From NCBI GenBank assembly GCA_040905225.1, contig JBBDRY010000126.1, positions 18,279-67,853 of the forward strand: 49,575 nucleotides of DNA, read 5' to 3'. A program made the position numbers and the translations under genes. This stretch comes from Chloroflexota bacterium (GTDB lineage Bacteria; Chloroflexota; Limnocylindria; Limnocylindrales; CSP1-4). Of this stretch, positions 1 to 8,753 are shown piece by piece (the first letter of the stretch is position 1; each line of letters starts with the position of its first letter). The notes beneath the pieces were generated by a model, which worked only from the letters and a program-made list of their open reading frames with translations, was not told where the DNA came from and searched no databases.

Positions 1-59
1 CCCCCCCCACAGGGTTTTCGAGTCTTGCCTTGCGCGAACTGCTTCGCGCCGGGCGTGAC

Positions 60-2066
60 TTAGTGAGCGAGGATCTTGATGGACTCGTAGAAGACATCAC
101 CAATGTTCTGGTGATCCGATGACGTCTGCATGATGTCCGAAACCCACGGACGAACCAGGCGTACGCCCTCGCCGTAGCGAAGGAAGATCACCGGAGCATC
201 TGCCGCGAGCAGCTCTTCTGCCGAGTGGTAGAAGGGCACTGCCTCGTCGTACGTTGCCGCCGCGGCGCCCTCATTGAGCAGGTCGTCGTATTCGGCGTTG
301 CAGTACTTCGAGTTGTTGTTGCCTGCGCCGCAGGCGAACAGGTCGCGGTTCTGATTGTCAGGATGCGGGAAGTCCGCGCCCCAACCATTGCGCGCGATGT
401 CGTAGACATTGCCCGCGCGTCGCTCGGTCCGGAAGGTACCGAAGTCGGTGCAGCGGATGTCCATCTGGGTGCCACTGAAGCCGAGGTTCTGCCGCCATAC
501 CTGGGCGAGGTACAGGACTCGGTCATCGTGTCCGGCGTCGCAGTTGTAGCCGAACCGCAGGGGGGCGAGCAGCTTGACGCGTGCACGCCCGACGCACTCG
601 GGATAATCGCCAGCGGCAGTCCCCTCGGCGATCTCGAAACCGGCCGGGCAGTCGGCCGCAACAACGGTGGCCGGATCGGCCGCAGGGATGCCGAGCTCGT
701 CAAGAGCCGTCTGCATCAAGGCAGCGGCCGCGACGAGATCGAACGGATACGGATCGGTTTCCGTCGGGAAACCAGGAATGCCCGGCATCGTCGGCGTGTT
801 CGCGACGAGTCCGAGGCCGGCGAAGCCGACCTGGATCGTCTCGTTCTTGTCGACGGCCGCGGTCAGAGCCCCGCGGAAGTTCTTGTTCTGCGAGGGGCTG
901 CCCCCTGGGACACGGGCCTCAGCACCGACTGCCGCGTTGGGCGGGCAGAGGATGTCGCCGGCCGGGTCCGTGGCGAGGCAGTTGGCGAAGTCGTAGTACT
1001 CGATGGAAAGAGTCGGGCCTCGGTTGGCCATGGTGTTGAGGGCCGGGTCGTCGAGGACTCGCCGGACCTCGCTCGACGGCAGGCTGACGAGATCAAGGTC
1101 GCCGCGCTCGAAGGCTGCGACAGCCGCGGCAGGAGCGCCGCCGATAGAAAGCTCAATCCGCTTGAGAGTGGGCATGATCGGGCCGGTGTAGTGCTCGTTC
1201 GGCACAAGCACCATCTGGCTGTTGTGGGTCCAGCTCTCGATCTTGAACGGACCAGATGTAACGATGTCGGCCGCCTCGGCCCAGCTGGTCTGGCCCTCGG
1301 GAACCGGGGTCAGCAGCCACATCGCGACGATGTTGTTCCAGAAGCTCGTCGCCGTCTTCAGGGTGAAGACAACGGTCGTGTCATTGGGCGCCGTGACGCC
1401 GATCTCCGCCAGCAGTCCGTCAATCACTGCGTCGTCGAAGCTGCCGGTCTCTGGATCGAGGTAGGGCGTATCGCCTTCGCTGCAACCGAAGTCGGTGCCG
1501 AGGAGGGCGTCGACGCCGGCGATCCAGCAGGCCTCGTAGCCGTAGTCGAACGCGTTGCGCGGGTCGGCCAGGGATCGTGCCGCGCGTACGAAGTCGCCGG
1601 CAACGATTGTGCTGCCGTCGCTGTACTTGTGGTCGCCGAGCTCAAAGGTGTACGTCAGGCCGTCGTCGCTGATCGTCGGCATGGCGGTAGCCAGTTCTGG
1701 CCGCAGGCTCTGGTCCTGGTTGTAATACAGCAAGCCACGCTGGATGCCGCCGAGAATTGCAATCTCATCGGATCCGGAAGCTGCCTGGGGCCTGATCGAG
1801 CGCGGGTCGGTTGCGCCTAAATAGATGCGCAGGACCTGGTTTGGATCAAGTCCACCCGGCTCCGGCGTTACGGCCGGCTCCGGCGTTACGGCCGGCTCGG
1901 GGGTTGGAGTCGCGCCAGGCTCAGGCGTTACGACTGGGCCGGGGGTCACTGCGCTCGTGGCGGGCGGGGCGGTGGTCGGCGTCGCAGCCGGCCCGGTCGT
2001 ACACGCGACCGCCAGAAGCATAAGCGAAGCCAGCACTGCCGAGCTTCGCCGAGTCCGTAGACTCAT
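60..2066 (-). CDS. Peptide/nickel ABC transporter substrate-binding lipoprotein (OppA/SBP family 5)
   Basis: Lipobox LAVAC, Pro/Thr linker, and SBP5 motifs (ISDDGLTYTFEL, SGPFKIESW, GWGADFPHP). ATG at 2066 with GGAGG RBS; the ORF-track start at 2162 is probably too long. Confidence 0.9.
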   Translation of the reverse strand: MSLRTRRSSAVLASLMLLAVACTTGPAATPTTAPPATSAVTPGPVVTPEPGATPTPEPAVTPEPAVTPEPGGLDPNQVLRIYLGATDPRSIRPQAASGSDEIAILGGIQRGLLYYNQDQSLRPELATAMPTISDDGLTYTFELGDHKYSDGSTIVAGDFVRAARSLADPRNAFDYGYEACWIAGVDALLGTDFGCSEGDTPYLDPETGSFDDAVIDGLLAEIGVTAPNDTTVVFTLKTATSFWNNIVAMWLLTPVPEGQTSWAEAADIVTSGPFKIESWTHNSQMVLVPNEHYTGPIMPTLKRIELSIGGAPAAAVAAFERGDLDLVSLPSSEVRRVLDDPALNTMANRGPTLSIEYYDFANCLATDPAGDILCPPNAAVGAEARVPGGSPSQNKNFRGALTAAVDKNETIQVGFAGLGLVANTPTMPGIPGFPTETDPYPFDLVAAAALMQTALDELGIPAADPATVVAADCPAGFEIAEGTAAGDYPECVGRARVKLLAPLRFGYNCDAGHDDRVLYLAQVWRQNLGFSGTQMDIRCTDFGTFRTERRAGNVYDIARNGWGADFPHPDNQNRDLFACGAGNNNSKYCNAEYDDLLNEGAAAATYDEAVPFYHSAEELLAADAPVIFLRYGEGVRLVRPWVSDIMQTSSDHQNIGDVFYESIKILAH
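1856..1898. repeat. 18-bp tandem repeat encoding the (VTPEPA)n linker
   Basis: CCGGCTCCGGCGTTACGG occurs twice plus a partial copy; a degenerate copy lies near 1918-1933. Confidence 0.85.
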
Positions 2067-2189
2067 CGGCGTTTTTCCTCCTCTGTGCGAATCTGGGCGG
2101 CCGTATGGCACGCCCTTAGATCGCTCTGCTCCCCGTCGGCGTCGCGTCGCGCGCGTGCGCAAACCTCTCCCACGCCGTGGGGCGGGCGA

Positions 2190-2220
2190 ATTATAGGTGC
2201 GCCGCCAAACCGGGTGTCAA
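2190..2220 (-). promoter_or_regulatory. Sigma70-type promoter for the SBP gene
   Basis: Minus strand TTGACA (2220-2215), 19-nt spacer, TATAAT (2195-2190). Confidence 0.65.
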
Positions 2221-2281
2221 CTAGTTGCGGCTTCTTAAGGTGCCCGAGCGTGGAACCAAGGCAGAAGCGGGTTGAATCGGT

Positions 2282-3895
2282 CTACTGAGGACAGACGGGC
2301 TCGGCCCCGGTCATCGGCCGCCAGTGGAGGTCCGGATGACGGGCCGCGGTCGCCTCGTCCAGGCGGCGCACGGGCGACGCGTGTGGCGCCGTGGTCACGA
2401 TCTCGGGATTGCGCCGGGCCTCCTGCGCGATCTCGATCAACGCGTCCGCGAACGCGTCGAGAGTCTCGACGGACTCGGTTTCGGTGGGCTCGACGAGCAT
2501 GCCCTCCTCGACGATCAGCGGAAAGTAGATCGTCGGCGGGTGGTAGCCGTAGTCGATCAGGCGCTTCGCGATATCCAGCATGCGCACGCCAGTTTCGGCA
2601 CGGATGTTCTGCGCGCTGGCCACGAACTCGTGCTTGGACACCTGCGCGTAAGGCATCTGGTACGTATCGGCCAGCCGATGCCTCAGATAGTTCGCCGCGA
2701 GTACGGCGTCCTCGCTGACCTCCTCGAGCCCGCTGCCGCCGTGTGCCAGTAGATAGGCGTACGCGCGCACGAGGACGCCCACGCTGCCTTGATACGACCT
2801 GACCCGGCCGATTGACGATGAACGTTCATTCATTCGCTCCAGCCGGAAACGGCCTTCGTCGCACTGCACCCGGGGCCAGGGCAGGAACGGCGTGAGCTTG
2901 TCGTTCACCGCCACTGGACCAGCCCCTGGACCTCCGCCGCCATGCGGCGTGGAGAAGGTTTTGTGCGTGTTGAAGTGCATGACATCGAAGCCGGCCGCGC
3001 CCGGCTTGAACTTGCCCAGGATGGCGTTCATGTTCGCGCCGTCCATGTAGGCCAGCGCCCCTGCCGCGTGGACCGCCTCGAGTACCTCGCCGATCCCCTT
3101 CTCGAACAGGCCGAGCGTCGAGGGATTGGTCAGCATCACGGCCGCGGTGCGCGGACTGAGGGCGGCGCGCAACGCGGCCAGGTCAACCTGACCGAACGAA
3201 TCCGAGGGAATGGTCACGGTCTTGAAGCCCGACATCGAGGCTGTCGCCGGGTTCGTCCCGTGCGACGAGTCGGGAACGATCACCTCGAGTCTCTCGGTGT
3301 CTGTGCGCGACTGGTGGTAGGCGCGGATCATCAGGATCCCCGTGAGCTCCCCGTGAGCGCCAGCGGCCGGCTGGAGGGTGGCCGCGCTCATGCCGCTGAT
3401 CTCGACCAACCAGCGCTCCAGCTCCCACATCAGCTCGAGCGTGCCCTGGGCGAGAGCGTCGGGCGCGAGCGGGTGCAGGGCCGCGAAACCCGGCAGGCGC
3501 GCCGCCCATTCGTTGATCTTGGGGTTGTACTTCATAGTGCATGAGCCGAGCGGGTAGAAGCCCGTGTCGACGGCGAAGTTGAGCTGCGACAGGTTCACGA
3601 AGTGACGGATCACCTCCGGCTCGTTGAGCTCCGGCAGCCCGAGCGGCCGCGCACGGCGGGCAGACGTTGGAATCCGGTCGAGCGCATCGGCCGGTGGATG
3701 AGGCACCTTCGTGCTGCTTCGACCCGGGCGGGACAGCTCCGCGAGGGTGGGCTGGAGCGACGGGCCAACGGCGAGGTGTGGACCGAGTTCTGCCCGCGGG
3801 TTTCTGGCTCCACCCTGTGCGACCTCATCGGGCTGGCCTGCCTCGGTCACGGCCGGGTCGTCCGGGCGGCTGACGGCCGGGCCCACCGCGGTCAC
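2282..3895 (-). CDS. gcvPB: Glycine dehydrogenase (decarboxylating) subunit 2
   Basis: YPLGSCTMKYNP, QPAAGAHGE and HFNTHKTFSTPHGGGGPG (PLP lysine). GTG start overlaps the gcvPA stop (GTGA). Confidence 0.95.
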   Translation of the reverse strand: MTAVGPAVSRPDDPAVTEAGQPDEVAQGGARNPRAELGPHLAVGPSLQPTLAELSRPGRSSTKVPHPPADALDRIPTSARRARPLGLPELNEPEVIRHFVNLSQLNFAVDTGFYPLGSCTMKYNPKINEWAARLPGFAALHPLAPDALAQGTLELMWELERWLVEISGMSAATLQPAAGAHGELTGILMIRAYHQSRTDTERLEVIVPDSSHGTNPATASMSGFKTVTIPSDSFGQVDLAALRAALSPRTAAVMLTNPSTLGLFEKGIGEVLEAVHAAGALAYMDGANMNAILGKFKPGAAGFDVMHFNTHKTFSTPHGGGGPGAGPVAVNDKLTPFLPWPRVQCDEGRFRLERMNERSSSIGRVRSYQGSVGVLVRAYAYLLAHGGSGLEEVSEDAVLAANYLRHRLADTYQMPYAQVSKHEFVASAQNIRAETGVRMLDIAKRLIDYGYHPPTIYFPLIVEEGMLVEPTETESVETLDAFADALIEIAQEARRNPEIVTTAPHASPVRRLDEATAARHPDLHWRPMTGAEPVCPQ

Positions 3896-5244
3896 GCGAG
3901 CACCTCGCGCAGCCCTTCGGCGAACCGCTCGATCTCCGATGAGGTGGTCAGCTCTGTGGCACACACGAGCAACGCGTCGCGCAGGACTGCGTCGTCCGGA
4001 TACCAGTCGGCTAGCGGCAGACCGGCCAGGATGTCGCGCTCGAGCAGCGCGGCGTGCACCCGCGGCGCGTCGGGGACGTGCACCGCGAACTCGTTCAGGT
4101 ACGTGCCTTCAGCGTGGACCCGGGCGGCACCGGCTCCTGCGAGGGCTACTTCAAGCTCGTGTGCCCTGGCGGCGCCAAGAGCGGCGACGTCGCGCAGCCC
4201 GTGCGGGCCCAGCGTCGCCACGTAGACCGTGGCCGCCAGCGCGCACAGCGCCTGGTTGGTGCAGATGTTGCTGGCGGCCTTGTCGCGCCTGATGTCCTGC
4301 TCGCGCGCGCGCAGCGTCATGACGTATGCGCGCTTGCCTTCGATGTCAGTCGTGCGGCCGACCAACCGCCCGGGCACCTGCCGCACGAGGTCCGACTTGG
4401 CGGCCAGGAGGCCGAGGTACGGGCCGCCGTACTGGAGCGCGATGCCCAGGGGCTGGCCCTCCCCGACCGCGATGTCCGCCTCGTACTCGCCGGGCGGGGC
4501 GAGGACGGCGAGCGAGACCGGCTCGACGACCGCCACGAACAGCGCCCCGGCCGCGTGCGCAAGTCGCCCTGCTTCGGCCATCGGCTCGAGGATGCCGAAC
4601 GCGTTGGGCTGCCCGATCAGGACGCCAGCCACCGGTCGCGCCTCGTCGGCCAGCTCGCGCTCGAGAGTTTCCAGGTCGGTCGTCCCGTCGGCCAGCGTGG
4701 GCAGCTCGTCGAGGGTCAGTCGGCCGCCTTCGAAGTAGGTCGCGGTTGTGTCGAGGAAATGGCGATGGATCGCCCGGCTGACCAGGACGCGCTCGCGCCG
4801 GGTGGCACGAACGGTCATCAGCGCCGCTTCTGCCGTCGCGGCGCCGCCGTCGTAGTGCGATGCCGACACGACGTCGAGGCCGGTCAGCTCGGCAATGAGG
4901 GACTGGTACTCGTAGATCGTCTGGAGCGTGCCCTGGCTGATCTCCGGCTGGTACGGCGTATAAGAGGTATAGAACTCGCCCCGGCTCAGGATCTGGTCAA
5001 CGGTCGGCGGGATGTAGTGGCGATACGCGCCCGCGCCGAGGAAGCTCGCCAGCCCGACTCGGTTGCGCGCCGAAAGCGTTTCCAGCCTTCGGGCCATCGT
5101 GAGCTCGTCCTCCGGCGGTGGCAGGTCGAGGCCGTGGGCGCGAACCTCGGCCGGAATATCGGCAAACAGGGCATCGATCGAATCGATGTTCAGCGCGGTC
5201 AACATGCGCTGGCGGTCGGCGGATGTATGCGGCCCGTAAGTCAC
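3892..5244 (-). CDS. gcvPA: Glycine dehydrogenase (decarboxylating) subunit 1
   Basis: FLGAGAY, YTSYTPYQPEISQG, REQDIRRDKAASNICTNQ. GTG start at 5244. Confidence 0.95.
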   Translation of the reverse strand: MTYGPHTSADRQRMLTALNIDSIDALFADIPAEVRAHGLDLPPPEDELTMARRLETLSARNRVGLASFLGAGAYRHYIPPTVDQILSRGEFYTSYTPYQPEISQGTLQTIYEYQSLIAELTGLDVVSASHYDGGAATAEAALMTVRATRRERVLVSRAIHRHFLDTTATYFEGGRLTLDELPTLADGTTDLETLERELADEARPVAGVLIGQPNAFGILEPMAEAGRLAHAAGALFVAVVEPVSLAVLAPPGEYEADIAVGEGQPLGIALQYGGPYLGLLAAKSDLVRQVPGRLVGRTTDIEGKRAYVMTLRAREQDIRRDKAASNICTNQALCALAATVYVATLGPHGLRDVAALGAARAHELEVALAGAGAARVHAEGTYLNEFAVHVPDAPRVHAALLERDILAGLPLADWYPDDAVLRDALLVCATELTTSSEIERFAEGLREVLA

Positions 5245-5278
5245 GCGATCAGTCGTCCCTGGTTCAGCCGTGAACTGC

Positions 5279-5674
5279 TCAGCCGGCCTCGATGAGCGAT
5301 CGGTACGCACCCGCATCGAGGTTGCGCTCGCTCGGAGCGGTTGCGACATCAGGCTCGGACAGGCGGATCCTGATCATCCATCCATCGCCGTACGGATCGT
5401 CGTTGACCAGCTCGGGCTTGTCGGCCAGCTGCGCGTTCACGGCAATCACTTCGCCGGCGGCAGGGCTGTACAGGTCAGAAGCGGTCTTGACCGACTCGAT
5501 GACCCCAAAGGACTGGGCCGACTGGAGCGTCATGCCCGGAGCGGGTAGCTCGACGAAGACCACGTCACCGAGCTCTGTGGCGGCGTACTCGGTGATGCCC
5601 ACCACGGCTTCGTCGCCCTCGACGCGCAGCCACTCATGGTCGGGCGTGTAACGAAGGTCTTCGGGAACCTGCAC
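5279..5674 (-). CDS. gcvH: Glycine cleavage system H protein
   Basis: DLRYTPDHEW, IESVKTASDLYSP (lipoyl Lys), VNDDPYGDGW. GTG start with GGAGGAG RBS. Confidence 0.95.
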   Translation of the reverse strand: MQVPEDLRYTPDHEWLRVEGDEAVVGITEYAATELGDVVFVELPAPGMTLQSAQSFGVIESVKTASDLYSPAAGEVIAVNAQLADKPELVNDDPYGDGWMIRIRLSEPDVATAPSERNLDAGAYRSLIEAG

Positions 5675-5696
5675 GCTGCGTTCTCCTCCCGCCGCC

Positions 5697-6845
5697 CTAT
5701 GGCGCGGCGCGCTTGTAGAAGGGTAGCGGCACGACCTCCGCCTCGACTCGGGAGCCGCGGATGACGACTTCGACCATGGTACCGACAACCGCATCGGCGG
5801 GCGGGAGGTAACCCATCGCGATGGGCACGCCCAGGGTGGGCGATGGCGCGCCGCTGGTCACGACACCGGCAGTCTCTTCTTCGGCTGGCATGTGCAGCGG
5901 GTAGCCGTGCCGTGCGATCCCGCGGCCGCGAACCGTCATGCCCACCAGTTGTTTCTGCGGGCCGGAGTCGGCGACCTGTTGGAGCGCCTCGCGGCCGACG
6001 AAGTCCGTGGCCTTGTCGAACTTCACGACGCGGCCGAGTCCCGCCTCGAACGGGTTGGTTTCCAGATCGAGCTCGTTGCCATACAGCGGCATGCCTGCCT
6101 CGAGTCGCAGCGTGTCGCGGGCGCCGAGACCGCATGCCATGATGCCCATCCGCTCACCTTCGGCGAGGAGACGATCCCAGACCGGCAGCGCGGCATCCCA
6201 CTCCAGGAAGAGCTCGAACCCATCCTCGCCCGTGTAGCCCGTTCGGGCCACGAATCCCGGCTCGCCTACCGCGTGGCCTTCGGCGATGGAGTAATAGCGT
6301 AGGCCGGCCAGCTCGACATCGGTCAGGGGCTGAAGTAGCTCGGCTGCGCGCGGGCCCTGGACGGCGACGAGTGAGGTGCGCAGCGAGGCGTCGTCCAGTG
6401 CGGCATCGTGGCCATGCAGTCGCTCCTGGAGCGCGGCCGCGACCGCTTCGCGATTCGAGGCATTGGGCACGACCATGAAGCGCTCGTCGGCGACGCGATA
6501 GACGATCAGGTCGTCGATGATCCCCCCGTCCGCGGCACAGATCATGCTGTAGTGCGCCCTGCCCGGCGCGAGCCGGCCGGGGTCACTGACGAGTGCCGCT
6601 GCGAGACCTGCGGCCGCGCCCGGGCCGCTGACCCAGACCTCGCCCATGTGCGACAGGTCGAACAGGCCGACACGCTCGCGCACAGCACGATGCTCATCGA
6701 GGATGCTCGAGTACTGGACCGGCATCTCCCAGCCGGCGAAGTCGATCAATCGTCCACCGAGCGCGCGATGCCGCTCCACCAGGGCGGTTCGCTGGATCCC
6801 GTCGCCGGTTGCCGAGGGGGATGCCACGGTCGGGTCAGCCGTCAT
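5697..6845 (-). CDS. gcvT: Aminomethyltransferase (glycine cleavage T protein)
   Basis: FAGWEMPVQY, GLFDLSHMGE, ARTGYTGEDGFE, GLGARDTLRLEAG. Confidence 0.96.
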   Translation of the reverse strand: MTADPTVASPSATGDGIQRTALVERHRALGGRLIDFAGWEMPVQYSSILDEHRAVRERVGLFDLSHMGEVWVSGPGAAAGLAAALVSDPGRLAPGRAHYSMICAADGGIIDDLIVYRVADERFMVVPNASNREAVAAALQERLHGHDAALDDASLRTSLVAVQGPRAAELLQPLTDVELAGLRYYSIAEGHAVGEPGFVARTGYTGEDGFELFLEWDAALPVWDRLLAEGERMGIMACGLGARDTLRLEAGMPLYGNELDLETNPFEAGLGRVVKFDKATDFVGREALQQVADSGPQKQLVGMTVRGRGIARHGYPLHMPAEEETAGVVTSGAPSPTLGVPIAMGYLPPADAVVGTMVEVVIRGSRVEAEVVPLPFYKRAAP

Positions 6846-7321
6846 CCTTCGACACCGGCTACAGACAGTGCGGTTTCCATCACCTGCCGCTCGGTGGGAT
6901 AGCTGAGCAGGCTGCGCGCCTCGTTGATCGGAACCCAGCGGACCTCGTCGAACTCGCGATCGTGCTGGTCAAGGCTGCCGCCCACTGCCTCCATCAGGAA
7001 GAAGTGGACGGTCTTGTGGATGCGCGTGCCCGACTGGGTGAAGAAGTACTCGATCGCCCCGACTGGAGCGGAGATACGCACCTCCAGGCCAGTCTCCTCG
7101 GCGACCTCGCGCAGGGCGGTCTGTTCGACGGTCTCCGCATCTGACGGCGTTCCCTTGGGAAGCGTCCAGCTCGACCCGTCGCGTTCGCGGCGACGCTTAC
7201 CAAGGCAGATCTCGAACCCGCTGTCCACCTGCCGGATGACCACGCCGCCGCACGACGTTGCGCGGGCAGTAGGTGCCCGGCGGGATCGGTCTTGTCGCTG
7301 TTGCTTGTTCAGCCGCGCCAC
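6842..7321 (-). CDS. NUDIX hydrolase
   Basis: SCGGVV and the Nudix box WTLPKG...ETVEQTALREVAEETG. Stop overlaps the gcvT ATG. Start uncertain (7321 or 7378). Confidence 0.88.
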   Translation of the reverse strand: MARLNKQQRQDRSRRAPTARATSCGGVVIRQVDSGFEICLGKRRRERDGSSWTLPKGTPSDAETVEQTALREVAEETGLEVRISAPVGAIEYFFTQSGTRIHKTVHFFLMEAVGGSLDQHDREFDEVRWVPINEARSLLSYPTERQVMETALSVAGVEG

Positions 7322-7644
7322 GGAGCCGCGCTGCGCGGGCGCGTCCGGTGCGGAACGCTGTATGGCGCCGACGACCACGTGATCGAGTCTGCCCGGCGCA
7401 TTGCGCGGGGACCGGACCCGGCCGGCGACGAACTCCGCAGCTCTGGGCGCGTTCCCAGGTGGCCGCGCGCGGCATTCCGGATCGCGATCAGCGGGGTCGT
7501 GGCAAGGGAGTCGGCCGGGGCCTGGGCCAGCCGGGTCGGCGTGGTCCGTCGCAGCCCGAGATGGGCCGCCCGCGGGTGATCCAGCGGCGCTGCGAAACGG
7601 GTCGTGGGACGGTCGCCACGGATTGCGGCCTGATGATTGCGCAT
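7309..7644 (-). CDS. Possible leaderless Arg/Pro/Ala-rich small protein (111 aa)
   Basis: ATG lies 8 nt after a TACCAT -10-like hexamer. The ORF fills the gap and overlaps the NUDIX start, but no domain is recognisable. Confidence 0.3.
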   Translation of the reverse strand: MRNHQAAIRGDRPTTRFAAPLDHPRAAHLGLRRTTPTRLAQAPADSLATTPLIAIRNAARGHLGTRPELRSSSPAGSGPRAMRRADSITWSSAPYSVPHRTRPRSAAPWRG

Positions 7645-7690
7645 CGGTTCGAATGGTAGCGGCTAGCGTTTTGGCCGCAACGGTCGCGTA

Positions 7691-8626
7691 TCAGGCTGTG
7701 TCGAGAAGTCGCTCGATCTCGGCCGCGCGGTCCTCGGCTAGCTCGCCGCGTCGGCGCGCGATGGCCACCTCGCGCCGGGCCACCTCGATGTACAGCGGAA
7801 CAGCCCCCGGGGCGTGCCGCGCGAGTGCCTCCAGGTGACCGCGCAAGGTCCCCACGTCGCCGCGCAACAGTGGTCCCGTGAGGGCGCCGTCGATGCCCAG
7901 GCGTTCCGCGTTGGCGAGCGCCTGGCGCGCCAGCGGGGCGTAGACAGCCACCGCGGTACGCTCGTCCAACCCGGCGACCTGGGCAACCGACGCGATGGCA
8001 TCCAACAGGCCGATCAGTCCTCCGGCGGCCATCATCGCGGCGGCGTGGTACGCAGTCTTGCCGCCCTCGGGCAGCGTCACCGGCCGCGCGCCGATTGACT
8101 CGGCCAGCTCGGCGAGCAGCGGCAGCAGTGTCTCGTCGCCTTCGACGGCGACGGTCGACCCGGCCAGGTCCAGCAGCGCCTGGTCATGCTCGGCGAACGC
8201 GACGAGCGGATGGAAGCCGCCGGCGCTGGTGCCAGCCGCCATTGCCGGCGCGAGCACCGAAGCGGGCAGGGCGCCGCTGGTGTGGACCAGCGCCTGGCCG
8301 CTGTACAGGTGCAGGGTCCCGGCGACCTCGGCGATCGCGTCGTCGGGCACGGTCAGGAAGATCAGCTCCGCCTCGTCCAGCACGGCCTGGGGCTCGGCGA
8401 AGGCTCGCGCCCCGGGCACGAGCTGCACGAATCGGGCTCGTCGCTGCTCGTCGCGGCTGGCGACCGCGGCGACGTGCCAGCCGGCGCGCACGAACGCCAC
8501 AGCAAGGGCATTGCCGACGCGCCCGGCCCCCACGAAGGCGATGCTCGGCCGGCCGTCCTCGGCGGCGTGCGAATGGCCGTCGTCGTGCGAATGGGCTGCG
8601 CCCGGGGCGCCCTCGGTGTCATGCAT
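7691..8626 (-). CDS. Rossmann-like/DUF2520 domain oxidoreductase
   Basis: FVGAGRVG, LTVPDDAI, VHTSGA, FHPL, YHAAA, ALTGPLLRGD; His-rich N-terminus. Confidence 0.88.
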   Translation of the reverse strand: MHDTEGAPGAAHSHDDGHSHAAEDGRPSIAFVGAGRVGNALAVAFVRAGWHVAAVASRDEQRRARFVQLVPGARAFAEPQAVLDEAELIFLTVPDDAIAEVAGTLHLYSGQALVHTSGALPASVLAPAMAAGTSAGGFHPLVAFAEHDQALLDLAGSTVAVEGDETLLPLLAELAESIGARPVTLPEGGKTAYHAAAMMAAGGLIGLLDAIASVAQVAGLDERTAVAVYAPLARQALANAERLGIDGALTGPLLRGDVGTLRGHLEALARHAPGAVPLYIEVARREVAIARRRGELAEDRAAEIERLLDTA

Positions 8627-8753
8627 TGGCTCATTGTCGGGAATCTGCGAGGCGTATACTTCGAGAGTCGAACAAGCGCGACCCGCGGCGGGCACTCCCG
8701 TCAGGTGCCGCTCAGCCCCGCCGTAGTTGCGGGACAGAGGAGGCCTGACGCAT

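Noticed and set aside
33-49. Small hairpin GCGCGAA/TTCGCGC after the SBP stop
   Set aside because: Too short and at the window edge; probably an ordinary intercistronic stem.
225-1820. Long antisense or alternate-frame ORFs (e.g. 225-1820, 4054-5295, 9234-10472, 33955-35658, 41527-42861)
   Set aside because: Shadow ORFs expected from high-GC codon bias opposite well-supported genes; no motifs.
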